Below are positions 10,738 through 19,914 of a DNA stretch of 64,000 nt, in pieces. Position 1 is the stretch's first letter; each line of letters starts with the position of its first letter. The position numbers and the translations under genes are program-made. This stretch comes from an uncultured Gemmatimonadaceae bacterium (GTDB lineage Bacteria; Gemmatimonadota; Gemmatimonadetes; Gemmatimonadales; Gemmatimonadaceae): assembly GCA_963829055.1 (NCBI GenBank), contig CAWHHI010000004.1, positions 64,001-128,000 on the forward strand, in the 5' to 3' direction. A model generated the notes under the pieces. The model saw nothing but the letters and a program-made list of their open reading frames with translations. It was not told the origin of the DNA and ran no database searches.

Positions 10738-10903
10738 TAGGAAGGAGGCCATAGGAAGGAGGAGGCGGAAGGCGGAGGCGGAGGCGGACGGCGGAGGAGA
10801 AAAGCCTGTCATCCCGAGCGGCAGCGAGGGATCTTCGACCTCATCGTGGCTCGGCCAGCCACGAGATCCCTACAGAAGTCCGTCGCGGATGCTCGGGATG
10901 ACA
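10738..10903. repeat. (AGGCGGA)n heptamers plus GTCATCCCGAG element copy 3
   Basis: TIRs 10807-10903. Confidence 0.87.
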
Positions 10904-10909
10904 CCGGTT

Positions 10910-11436
10910 CCCGCCCTCCGACATCCGTCGCCTCCTCCACGTCTGATCGATCGCGAACTGGAACGGCGGGCTCTGGGCGATGCGGCCCGACGGATCGTCG
11001 ATCACGAAGTTCGGGATGAACACCGGTCCCGACGAAGTTGATCAGCTTCGATGTGTCGATGTCCGACGGGGCCGTGCCCGGACGGTAGACGTTCACGCGG
11101 TGAAACGGGTCGATCGCGAACTGCACCTGCCCGCCCGCGTCGATGACCACCGTGCGCGGTACCAGAAGGTCTTTCGCCTGCGACGAGTGGTCGTGTCCAG
11201 CCGCGGGGGCGAACGGCGAGCCGTGCTCGTTGATGCCGAACTGCACGAGCGGGATCTACTCTGATTCGCCGCGCTGGCTCCGGCTGCCCGAATCGTCGCA
11301 CGCCCGTAGGAGCCGGTGCCTCGGTGACGGCCGGCTCGTTGCACGCGGCCAGGAACAGGCTCCCCGCGACGATCGTGGTTGGGGCGAGCAGTGCTGCACC
11401 TGCGCGTGCGAGTTGTCGGCGGTAACGAGCGGCCAT
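10910..11436 (-). pseudogene. Frameshifted, apparently truncated lipoprotein with cupredoxin-like N-terminal half
   Basis: Lipobox LAAC; LVPRTVVIDAGGQVQF..FHRVNVY; pieces in three frames, ends at repeat. Confidence 0.45.
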
Positions 11437-11529
11437 GGAAGTCTCCAGACGATTTGGATCGGGGATCGTCGTTCGCGGCGGCGCGGCGCATCGCTCAGGT
11501 CCAGCGTCACCTCGGTACCGGTACCATCG

Positions 11530-13080
11530 TTAGGCGCGCCGTACCGCTGGCGCGCTGACCGGCGGCCGCCGACCGAACCAGGGTCGTGCGACTTCGAGCT
11601 GCGACGCGAGCCGGAATAGCGTCGCCTCATCGCCCCACTGCGCGGCGAAGTGCATGCCGATCGGGAGCCCGGCGTCATTCCACACGAGCGGGACAGACAT
11701 TGCCGGCTGCCCCGTGACATTGAACAACGGCGGGCATGCGATCCACTCGAACACGCGCTTGGCGGCCTTCTCGAGCGCTCCGCCCAGTCGAAGGACTCCG
11801 CCCGCCCGCAGACGACCGAGCGCCTTGAGTGCGAGCACCTCGTGCGCGGGCGGCTGCAACGCCCCGGTGATGAACGGCGGCGTGGTCAGCGTCGGCGTGA
11901 CGAGCGCATCGATCTCGTAGCCGTCGAACCAGCGGCCAACCGAACGCGCCGTTCGCTCCAGATGCCGGCGCGCTTTTGCCATGTCCCCCGCGGTGTACGA
12001 CCGACCAAGCAGCGCGAGCGCCCATGTCGAGATCTCGACGTTCGCCGGCGATGCACGACGACCCGTGGCCGCCTCGGCATCGGCCAGATCGGCATCCGCC
12101 TGCGCGCAGACCATCAGCAGAAACGCGTGCAGAAACTCGTCGCGATCGAGCGGCGGCGAAGCCTCGACGACGGTGTGTCCGAGCGATTCCAGCAACGCGA
12201 CGGTGTCGCGCAACGCTGCCTTGCAGTCGTCGTCCATGTGCTCGCCCAGGAGCGGACGATCCGTGAACGCGATGCGCAGGCGACCCGGGTCGGCGCCGAC
12301 CTCCTCGAGGAACGGGCGAGCGGGAGCCGGCGTGATGTATGGCGCGCCCGCCTCGGGTCCGGAGACGGCGTCGAGCATCGCGGCACTGTCACGCACCGAA
12401 CGCGTGAGCACGTGCTCGATGACGGCGCCTTCCCACAGCTCGCCCTCTATGGGCCCCGTCGGCGTCCGACCGCGTGTGGGCTTGAGACCGAAAATGCCGC
12501 AGCACGATGCCGGAATACGGATCGACCCGCCGCCGTCTCCGCCGCCGGCCATGGGCACCATCCCCGCCGCAACAGCGGCAGCCGATCCACCGCTCGATCC
12601 ACCGCTCGTCCGGGTGGTGTCCCACGGGTTACGCGTGGGGCCGAACAGCTCCGGTTCCGTGAACGGCGTTAGGCCGAATTCCGGCGTGTTCGTCTTGCCG
12701 AGCACGATGACGCCGCTGCGGCGGTACCGACGGACCATCTCCGAGTCGTTCGGGGCGATATACCCATCGAGGATGCGGCTGCCGCTCCGGATGGGCGCGC
12801 CGGCGTACGATGACAGAAGGTCCTTGAGAAGGAACGGAACGCCGGCGAACGGGCCGTCACCCGGAGGTGCGTCGGCAGCCTGCAGCGCCTCGTCGTACAG
12901 CCGATGAATGACCGCGTTGAGCTGCGGGTTGATGGTGTCGATCCGCTCCATGGCGGTGACGACAAGCTCCCGCGGAGAGACATCTCCACGCCGCACGAGC
13001 TCGGCCAGCCCGAGCGCGTCGTACTGATCGTAATCCGCGAACGTACTCCCACTTCCGGTTGTCGGCGCGGTGCTGGCCAA
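11530..13080 (-). CDS. Amidase signature family protein
   Basis: [40 protein letters not shown]. Confidence 0.93.
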   Translation of the reverse strand: MASTAPTTGSGSTFADYDQYDALGLAELVRRGDVSPRELVVTAMERIDTINPQLNAVIHRLYDEALQAADAPPGDGPFAGVPFLLKDLLSSYAGAPIRSGSRILDGYIAPNDSEMVRRYRRSGVIVLGKTNTPEFGLTPFTEPELFGPTRNPWDTTRTSGGSSGGSAAAVAAGMVPMAGGGDGGGSIRIPASCCGIFGLKPTRGRTPTGPIEGELWEGAVIEHVLTRSVRDSAAMLDAVSGPEAGAPYITPAPARPFLEEVGADPGRLRIAFTDRPLLGEHMDDDCKAALRDTVALLESLGHTVVEASPPLDRDEFLHAFLLMVCAQADADLADAEAATGRRASPANVEISTWALALLGRSYTAGDMAKARRHLERTARSVGRWFDGYEIDALVTPTLTTPPFITGALQPPAHEVLALKALGRLRAGGVLRLGGALEKAAKRVFEWIACPPLFNVTGQPAMSVPLVWNDAGLPIGMHFAAQWGDEATLFRLASQLEVARPWFGRRPPVSAPAVRRA

Positions 13081-13444
13081 GAGGACCCATCCGGTTCGGA
13101 TACCGAAAGATGCCGGTACATCCGAACGGTCGCCATGACGCCCCATCCGGCTCGTTTGGACGACCAGGGTGGCGTCAGCGGAAAACGTGTGACGAACCGG
13201 AGCCGGTATGGGTTTGGCGCGGTGAATCGAATACGAACACCGTACCAGCCTGGAGCCGAAGCGTGGTCTCGAGAACTCGAACGTCGGCTATCTTTTTCCG
13301 CAACGGGCGTTTGGGTGGCTGTGGCCGCTCCCGGATGCCCGCGGCAGGTTCCGCATGATGACCGCTCGTGATGCGCGGCAGCCGTCGGCCGAGGTGTCGA
13401 CACCGCCGTCACTTACGCTACTAGATGGGCGAAACGGACGCGGC

Positions 13445-13984
13445 ATGAGCACTATCGACATGTCGATCGTCCAGCGAGCGAAGCGCGGCGACCGTGCCGC
13501 ATTCTCTGCGCTGGTCGATTTCTACTACGCGCGCTGCCTACGCTTCGCGATCCACATGCTCGGCAATTCGCAGGACGCCGAGGAGGCGGTCCAGGACACC
13601 TTCGTGCGCGTGCACGGAGCCCTCAACCGCTACGATGAGTTCGACCGCTTCGAGTCGTGGCTGTTCCGCATACTCGCGAATCGCTGTCGAACCATGATGG
13701 GGCGTGAGGCACGCCGGTCGCGCGTGCTCGTGTACGGTGACCTGCCGCATGACCGCGGGACGCCCCCCGATGTGGACGCGATGGTATGGCGCGAAGAGAT
13801 CCAGACCGCGTTGGGTACACTACCCGCCGCGCAGCGGGAAGCATTCCTGCTGCGACACATCGAAGGACTCGAGTACGAGGAAATGGGACGGATCACTGGT
13901 GCCGGCGTGTCGGCGCTGAAGATGCGAGTCAAACGCGCCTGTGAGTTTCTGCGGATGCGTCTCGCGGAGGTGGAACGTGCGTGA
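13445..13984 (+). CDS. ECF-type RNA polymerase sigma factor
   Basis: DAEEAVQDTF, FESWLFRILANRC, region 4 LEYEEMGRITG..ALKMRVKRA. Confidence 0.92.
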   Translation: MSTIDMSIVQRAKRGDRAAFSALVDFYYARCLRFAIHMLGNSQDAEEAVQDTFVRVHGALNRYDEFDRFESWLFRILANRCRTMMGREARRSRVLVYGDLPHDRGTPPDVDAMVWREEIQTALGTLPAAQREAFLLRHIEGLEYEEMGRITGAGVSALKMRVKRACEFLRMRLAEVERA

Positions 13985-14684
13985 GGAACGAGACGAGATG
14001 ATCGACCGCATCGTGGATGAGTTGAAAACGCTGCCGGCGGTTCCGGCGGACGCGACGGCCCGCGTGCTCGCACGCGTGGACGCGGCGCGCCGCGAAGACG
14101 GGCCGGGCGCGTCGGCGACCGACGACGATGACGTGATCTATTTTCCGACGAACACGGAAGAGATGCGCGCCGTGCAGATGCCGGCGGGTGGATCGCGCGT
14201 CGGTGGCGGCTTGCGCCGCCGGTTCGTGGTATCGCTGCCAGCAGCGCTCGGCTACGCGTTGGCCGCGACGCTGGCGGGGTTCCTGATTCGCGGTGCGTTA
14301 CCGCGCAAGGCGACCGCTGTCGCGGTCGCGCCGAGCGCCCCCGTGGGTGAGACGTCAGGCGTCACGACTCCGCTCACTCGGGTGGCCGCCACGAAGCGCG
14401 ATCAGCAGGATGCGCCGGTTCCGGTGCAGTTCGTACTCGATGCGAAACGAGCCGCGAGTGTAGCGGTCGTGGGCGACTTCAACGCCTGGGACGGGACGGC
14501 GACGCCACTCGTAAAGGACTCCGTGAGTGGCGTATGGAGCGGTCTCGTGAAGGTGAACCCGGGCCGGCATGTCTATGCGTTCCTCGTGAACGGTCGTGAG
14601 TGGACGCTGGATCCACGAGCACCACGCACGAAGGACTCGGACTATGGCACCGAGCAGTCGGTCATGATCGTGGGGCTCCCATGA
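13977..14684 (+). CDS. Putative anti-sigma membrane protein with C-terminal CBM48/AMPK glycogen-binding domain
   Basis: Overlaps sigma stop; one TM helix; VAVVGDFNAWD...GVWSG...PGRHVYAFLVNGREWTLDP. Confidence 0.8.
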   Translation: MREERDEMIDRIVDELKTLPAVPADATARVLARVDAARREDGPGASATDDDDVIYFPTNTEEMRAVQMPAGGSRVGGGLRRRFVVSLPAALGYALAATLAGFLIRGALPRKATAVAVAPSAPVGETSGVTTPLTRVAATKRDQQDAPVPVQFVLDAKRAASVAVVGDFNAWDGTATPLVKDSVSGVWSGLVKVNPGRHVYAFLVNGREWTLDPRAPRTKDSDYGTEQSVMIVGLP

Positions 14685-15367
14685 CGGGTGCTCCCGTTAC
14701 AGGTGGCATGATGCGGGTTGCCCGTTGCGCGGTGCTGCTCGCGGCGACGGCAGTCGTCGCGTGGCCGGGGCAGGGCAGGGCGCAGGGTACCTCGGTCCCG
14801 CTCGACTCGGCCACCGCGGCGGTGATTGCGCCGATCATCGAACAGGCCAGGGCGGCGCGTCTACCCGTCGACCTGCTGTACGTGAAGGCGCGCGAAGGAC
14901 AGGTGCGTCGAGTGCCGCTTACGGCAATCGAATCCGCGGTCCGGGCGCTCGCACAACGGCTGTACGCAGCCAACGAGGCACTGGCGCCGAATCCCAGCGA
15001 GCAGGAGCTGCGGGCGGCGGCGGACGCGATGAAGGCGGGCGTGCCAGTCGAGACGCTCCGCGCCATGCGTAAGGCGGGCAGGGACGGGTCGCTCGCGGTG
15101 CCACTCGGCGTGTTGACGGAGCTCGTCGTGAGTGGCGTACCGGTCGAGAAGGCATCGATGCAGGTCGTCGACCTGTTGAACCACGGTGCGGTTCCGAAGA
15201 ACTTCATCGCGCTCAACGAGCGTGTGCAGCAGGACGTGTTGGCGGGCCGACGTCCGGAAGAGTCATTGGATTTGCGGTTAAAGGGTATCTTCCCCACTCT
15301 TCCTCAACCGGCACAAGCGACCGGCAATGGGTTCATCCAGTCTTCGACGCCCAAGCGCCCGCGCTGA
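14681..15367 (+). CDS. Exported alpha-helical hypothetical protein
   Basis: ATGA coupling; signal peptide ending GRAQ. Confidence 0.7.
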   Translation: MTGAPVTGGMMRVARCAVLLAATAVVAWPGQGRAQGTSVPLDSATAAVIAPIIEQARAARLPVDLLYVKAREGQVRRVPLTAIESAVRALAQRLYAANEALAPNPSEQELRAAADAMKAGVPVETLRAMRKAGRDGSLAVPLGVLTELVVSGVPVEKASMQVVDLLNHGAVPKNFIALNERVQQDVLAGRRPEESLDLRLKGIFPTLPQPAQATGNGFIQSSTPKRPR

Positions 15368-15415
15368 ACTCCTACCCAACCGCTGCACCACTCACGTGCA
15401 TCGCTAGGGTTCATC

Positions 15416-16559
15416 ATGTCGTTCGCCGTCTTTGCGGGCCTGGCCTGCGCGGAGACGGCGAATGCGCAATGGGCCCGGCAGACGACCTTCGATGTCGGCG
15501 CTATGCGCCTGACGAGAGACGACTTCGCTGACACTGGTGGCATCACCGCCGCCGCGCTGTGGGGTCGTTGGAGCGACCGCGTCTCCCTAATCGGGAGCGG
15601 CGCCGTCACGCGTATCGCTGACGGCCGTGCGACAGGCGTAGGCCTCGGCTCCGCGTCGTATAGCGTGCCGATTCGCCACGCGCGCATCGAGGCTGGCGGA
15701 ACCGGCACGATCCTCGGGACGAGCAATCAGGGCCCCACTTCGAGCTGGCTCGGATTCGCGCGGGCACACTGGCTCGGCAACCGATGGGGGACGTGGATCG
15801 GCGCGGGTGGTGGCGACGTGCATGTGAGCGCGACGACGTTCGGGGCGGGGACGGGAGAGCTCGGGACGTGGTTGCGGCGCGGCGATCAGCGCCTAACGCT
15901 GAGCGCGACCACTGTCCGCACCTCGCTCGTCTCGACGGTGATTTTCAGTGACGAGACGGTGCTTCGTGTGCGCGAACCAGTGCAGTACGCCGACGTTGCG
16001 CTGAGCGGTCACGGGGCGTGGCGTCGCTTCGAGGTCGATGCGGCCGCGATCACGCGTCACGCGTGGAAGGGTGAATTGGCGTCGACGCCGACCGGGGCGC
16101 TCAGTGTGGCGTGGTGGGCGACACCGTACGTCGCGGTCGCCGGTGCGCTCGGCCGCCAACTCTCGGATCCGCTGCGTGGTACGGCTCGGACTCGTTATGC
16201 GACGGTCGTGTTGCGCTTTTCGGCCGAGCGGCATGGGCCTGCGCCGGTGGTGCGTCCGCTACCGGCGGTGCCGGCGGGCGAGGCATCGCTGATCGCCGTA
16301 CCCGGTGGCGGAGGAAGAACGCTCGTGCAGGTGCGGGCTCCCGGCGCCGCTCGCGTGGATCTCATGGGCGACGTGACCGGCTGGGCGCCGCTCGCACTGG
16401 AGCGTCGCGGAGATCTGTGGGAGGCGCGCCTAACGATGGTCTCCCGGCTCGCATCACGTCGTGGTGCGTCTCGATGGCGGCGCCTGGGTCGCGCCGGCGA
16501 ACCTGGCTCGAATCGACGACGAATTGGGTGGGCGGGTCGGTCTGATTGTAATCCCCTAA
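15416..16559 (+). CDS. Putative outer-membrane beta-barrel protein with C-terminal CBM48 domain (frameshift near 16440)
   Basis: Signal peptide, amphipathic beta strands, RVDLMGDVTGW..GDLWEA, shifted tail PGSHHVVVRLDGGAWVAP. Confidence 0.7.
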
Positions 16560-16612
16560 CGAGAGCGCAGGGGCGATCAGCGCGCATCACGTGCGCGTGC
16601 GCACGTGTGAAT

Positions 16613-16628
16613 GGTGACGTACATCACA
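16613..16628. promoter_or_regulatory. CRP/FNR-like palindrome
   Basis: GGTGA-N6-TCACA. Confidence 0.35.
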
Positions 16629-16795
16629 CACTGCGACAAATATCGGTCAAATTGCCGAAGAGCTCGCGGCATTGTGACCGATGTGGCCCCGATCCTGCTT
16701 CGCTCCCCCGATGGCCCAAGTTGTCGTTTCAACGACGCGCGATTTAGCGGTGGTCGGGCCGAGCTGCCGCGTGTCACCTGGAAGGAGTACTACAT

Positions 16796-17245
16796 ATGCA
16801 GAAACGCACTTTCCTCGCTGCTCTTGCCACGGCAGCCGCCGTTGCTGTCGTCACGCCATCGATCTCGCAGGCACAGGACACGACGCGCGCGACGTCCAAG
16901 GGCGAAGTCGCGTTGGCGCCAAGTTTCACGTCGCTCATGACCGCCATTAGCTCCACGTCCGCGAATACGGCCAAGCTCAAGGCGATGACCGATATCGCGG
17001 CCGCGAACGTGCAGCTCGTGAACGTCCAGGATCTACTCAAGGACAACAGCTCCGACTCGCTGACCGCCACGCTCAAGCAGAATGACGCCGACATTACGGC
17101 GCTCCGCACCACGTTAGGCACGAACACGGCCCTCACGGGTGTCCTGACGGCGAACACAACTCCGCTCACGGCGAACGACGTCGTAGCAGCCGATGTCACC
17201 GCGGACGGCAAGGTGGTCCTGTACTACTGGAAGAAGTCGTCGTAA
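16796..17245 (+). CDS. Exported Thr/Ala-rich hypothetical protein
   Basis: AGGAG RBS, signal peptide, downstream terminator. Confidence 0.78.
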   Translation: MQKRTFLAALATAAAVAVVTPSISQAQDTTRATSKGEVALAPSFTSLMTAISSTSANTAKLKAMTDIAAANVQLVNVQDLLKDNSSDSLTATLKQNDADITALRTTLGTNTALTGVLTANTTPLTANDVVAADVTADGKVVLYYWKKSS

Positions 17246-17298
17246 GCACGGAGGAACGGGGAACCGGGAACGGGGAACCGAGCACTGAGCAATGACGG

Positions 17299-17331
17299 AC
17301 CCGGGGCGCTCACGAGCGCCCCGGGTTTCTT
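17299..17331 (+). terminator. Intrinsic terminator
   Basis: ACCCGGGGCGCT-cacg-AGCGCCCCGGGT then TTCTT. Confidence 0.8.
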
Positions 17332-17345
17332 GTTCTCGACCATGG

Positions 17346-17515
17346 TGTCATCCCGAGCACCCGCATGTGTCATCCCGAGCGTCAGCGAGGGATCTCCCGT
17401 AATGTCATCGTGGCCGGCCGCGCCACGAGTACTTCACAGAAGATCCCTCGTCGCTGGCGCTCCTCGGGATGACACACCGCGACCAGCGACCAGCACGAGC
17501 GACCAGCCACCAGCG
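17346..17515. repeat. GTCATCCCGAG element copy 4 (duplicated left end) plus (GCGACCA)n heptamers
   Basis: TGTCATCCCGAG at 17346 and 17368; right TIR ends 17474. Confidence 0.88.
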
Positions 17516-17538
17516 TCTGCGGTGGCGTGTGACTTCTC

Positions 17539-17590
17539 TTGACATCCTACAGAAGCCATTGCATTCTCCTGTAGACAAACGACAGGAGAG
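17539..17590 (+). promoter_or_regulatory. Sigma-70 promoter and inverted-repeat operator of padR
   Basis: TTGACA-17-CATTCT; CTCCTGT-N9-ACAGGAG. Confidence 0.65.
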
Positions 17591-17593
17591 CGC

Positions 17594-17926
17594 GTGGCCG
17601 CGAATAATGCCGACGTCCTTCAGGGGACGCTCGATATGCTGGTCCTCAAAGCATTGTCCCTCGAGCCCATGCACGGGTGGGGCATCTCGCAGCGCATCCA
17701 GCAGATCTCCCGCGACGTCCTGCAGATCAACCAGGGCTCGCTCTATCCCGCGCTTCACCGCCTCGAGCGGCGTGCGTGGATCGAGGCGGACTGGGGCACC
17801 TCCGAGAACAACCGGCGCGCCAAGTACTACCGCCTGACGTCGCTCGGCCGAAAGCAGCTGGCCGAAGAGCGTGCCACCTGGCAACGGTTCACGCTCGCCG
17901 TCGAGCGCGTCCTCCAGACCACCTAG
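17594..17926 (+). CDS. PadR family transcriptional regulator (acidobacterial type)
   Basis: LQGTLDMLVLK, HGWGI, GSLYPALHRLE, SENNRRAKYY. Confidence 0.95.
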   Translation: MAANNADVLQGTLDMLVLKALSLEPMHGWGISQRIQQISRDVLQINQGSLYPALHRLERRAWIEADWGTSENNRRAKYYRLTSLGRKQLAEERATWQRFTLAVERVLQTT

Positions 17927-17942
17927 CAACCACTCGGCGGCG

Positions 17943-19716
17943 TCATGGACGGACTCGCTCCACCCCCGACGCCGGTGGCATGCTCACGGCCGCCGGCGCT
18001 TCTGCGCAGCGGACGTACGTCTTGCCGACCCATTCCGTACCGGCCAGCGTGCGTAGGGCTGGCTGGTTCTTCGCTATGACGCGGCGCGCGGTCGCGGAAG
18101 CCGCGGTCCAACCGCGCCAATCCGTCGGAGCCGACGGCCCCCACGCCTCGAGCAGCTTGCGGGCGGCCCGACACCGCGCTGTGTAATCATTCCCCGACGC
18201 TGCGCGCGGGACCACTGGCGCCATCGACGCGTTAGGTGTGCTCGCACCCGGGGCCGACTGGGTCGGACGACGGCGACGCCCAGCCCGGCGGAGGCGTGAG
18301 CGGCTGACGGACGAGGTAGCTCACGAGCGCCGGCGCCGCGTCTGCGCCGAGCGACTCGATGTAGCGCACATCGAGATCCTTACCTCGATCGGCGCGCGCG
18401 ATGTTGGCGCGCGCCACGAGTCCCGCAGGATCCGCGACGTTGAGGGTGAAGAGCGTTCCCCATGCGGAGATGAGGACACCGGCCACGAATGGCTTGTCCC
18501 GCCCTCGTAGCACGGTGACTGAGAACCACACGAAGACGAGGGCGAGCCACGCCATGAACACGGTCGCGTCGAGTCGATCGGTGCTCAGGCCGTACACGGA
18601 TTGATACAGGCGCATCCGCGTGACGGCCGAGTACATGATGACCGCGAGTAGGACGAGGAGCGTCGTTGCAAGCCAGCGATAGACCTTCACGGCGCGCGGC
18701 GTATCGCGGCGCAGCAGCGCGTTCGCCGACAGCAACACCGGCAAGACGAGCGCGGAGACGGTCACGAGCTCGAAGAAGCCTCTCCGCGCATAATCGGCGT
18801 AGCCGAGGCCGGCGGTCTGCACGACGACCGCGTCGCCACCGAAGAAATAACGGAACTGCACCGCGACGAACGCTGCGAACAGCAGCACGAGCGAGCCTAA
18901 CGTGACCGACACCTCGGTGATCCCGAGCGCGCCGTCGGGGAAGGGAATCGTCGCCGGGGCTCGGCTACTCGAGAGCAGCGCCGAGCGCAGAAACCCGCCG
19001 ACGATCCAGGCGAAGAATCCGGTCAGGACGAGGTGTGTCGCGACCTCCCCAGCGTCGACGGCGAACACGTCGCCGACGATGCGTGCGAACACGGGATCGG
19101 CCGACGTGAACAGTCCGCCGAAGACGAGCAGCAGCGGAATGGCGAGGAGCGCCGTACGGAGGCCAGTTACGATGCGAGCGCTGCCATGGCCCGTGGTAAC
19201 GTCGCGGAGCGACACGTCGACGACCACCAGACGAGGCATCCCGAACGCGGTTCCCAATCCAACGCTGAACAGGCGCTGCGCAACGTCGCGGACGCGGCTC
19301 GTGAAGAGCGCCTGATCCGGGCTCGCCCGCACGGCGGACGCGAGCAGGCCGAGTGTGCCCACGAGCGCGAGCGCGTTGTATGCGGCGAGCGATTCGGACT
19401 GGCGCCACGCGAACAGCAGTGCGATCGCGACTGTCGGGGCCAGCAGCCATCGCGCTTCCGCCGGCATGGCATCGTGGCGGCGGCGCGCGAGCGTGATGAG
19501 CGCGAGGACCACAGCGACCGTCCAGACACTCATGTTCGCGCCCAGCGTAGACGACCGCATGATCGCGTCGCCGACGATACCGAGCAGGATGGCGTCGCCG
19601 AGGACGCGAGTGGCGAGGTGGCGGCGCTCGTCAGATACATCGAGTGACGTCGCGGCAGGGACGGCTGGCATGGCCGTGGGCGACAGTTCGGGGGTGGAGG
19701 ACGGGGTGGACGGCAT
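17943..19716 (-). CDS. DUF4153/DUF4173 multi-pass membrane protein (frameshift near 18250)
   Basis: LFTSADPVF, YADYARRGFFEL, RMRLYQSVYGLS; DWRGWT tail in ORF 17943-18224. Confidence 0.8.
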
Positions 19717-19788
19717 GAGATGGCGGACGAGAGGGTCGGCTCGAGACGGGCTCCGATCATGAATACGCAAAATAGTATTCTATGACAA

Positions 19789-19809
19789 GTACTTCATAAT
19801 ATAAAGTAC
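19789..19809. promoter_or_regulatory. AT-rich palindromic operator between divergent genes
   Basis: GTACTT-cataatata-AAGTAC. Confidence 0.55.
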
Positions 19810-19914
19810 GTTCGGGTTCGTCTGTGCGCTTCGGCACATCGGCGCGCATCGTGGGCTTCCGTGTTGGCGCGCGGTTCCGCATTGTTGGTCGAGTCGTCGC
19901 GGATCGAGGTGCCC

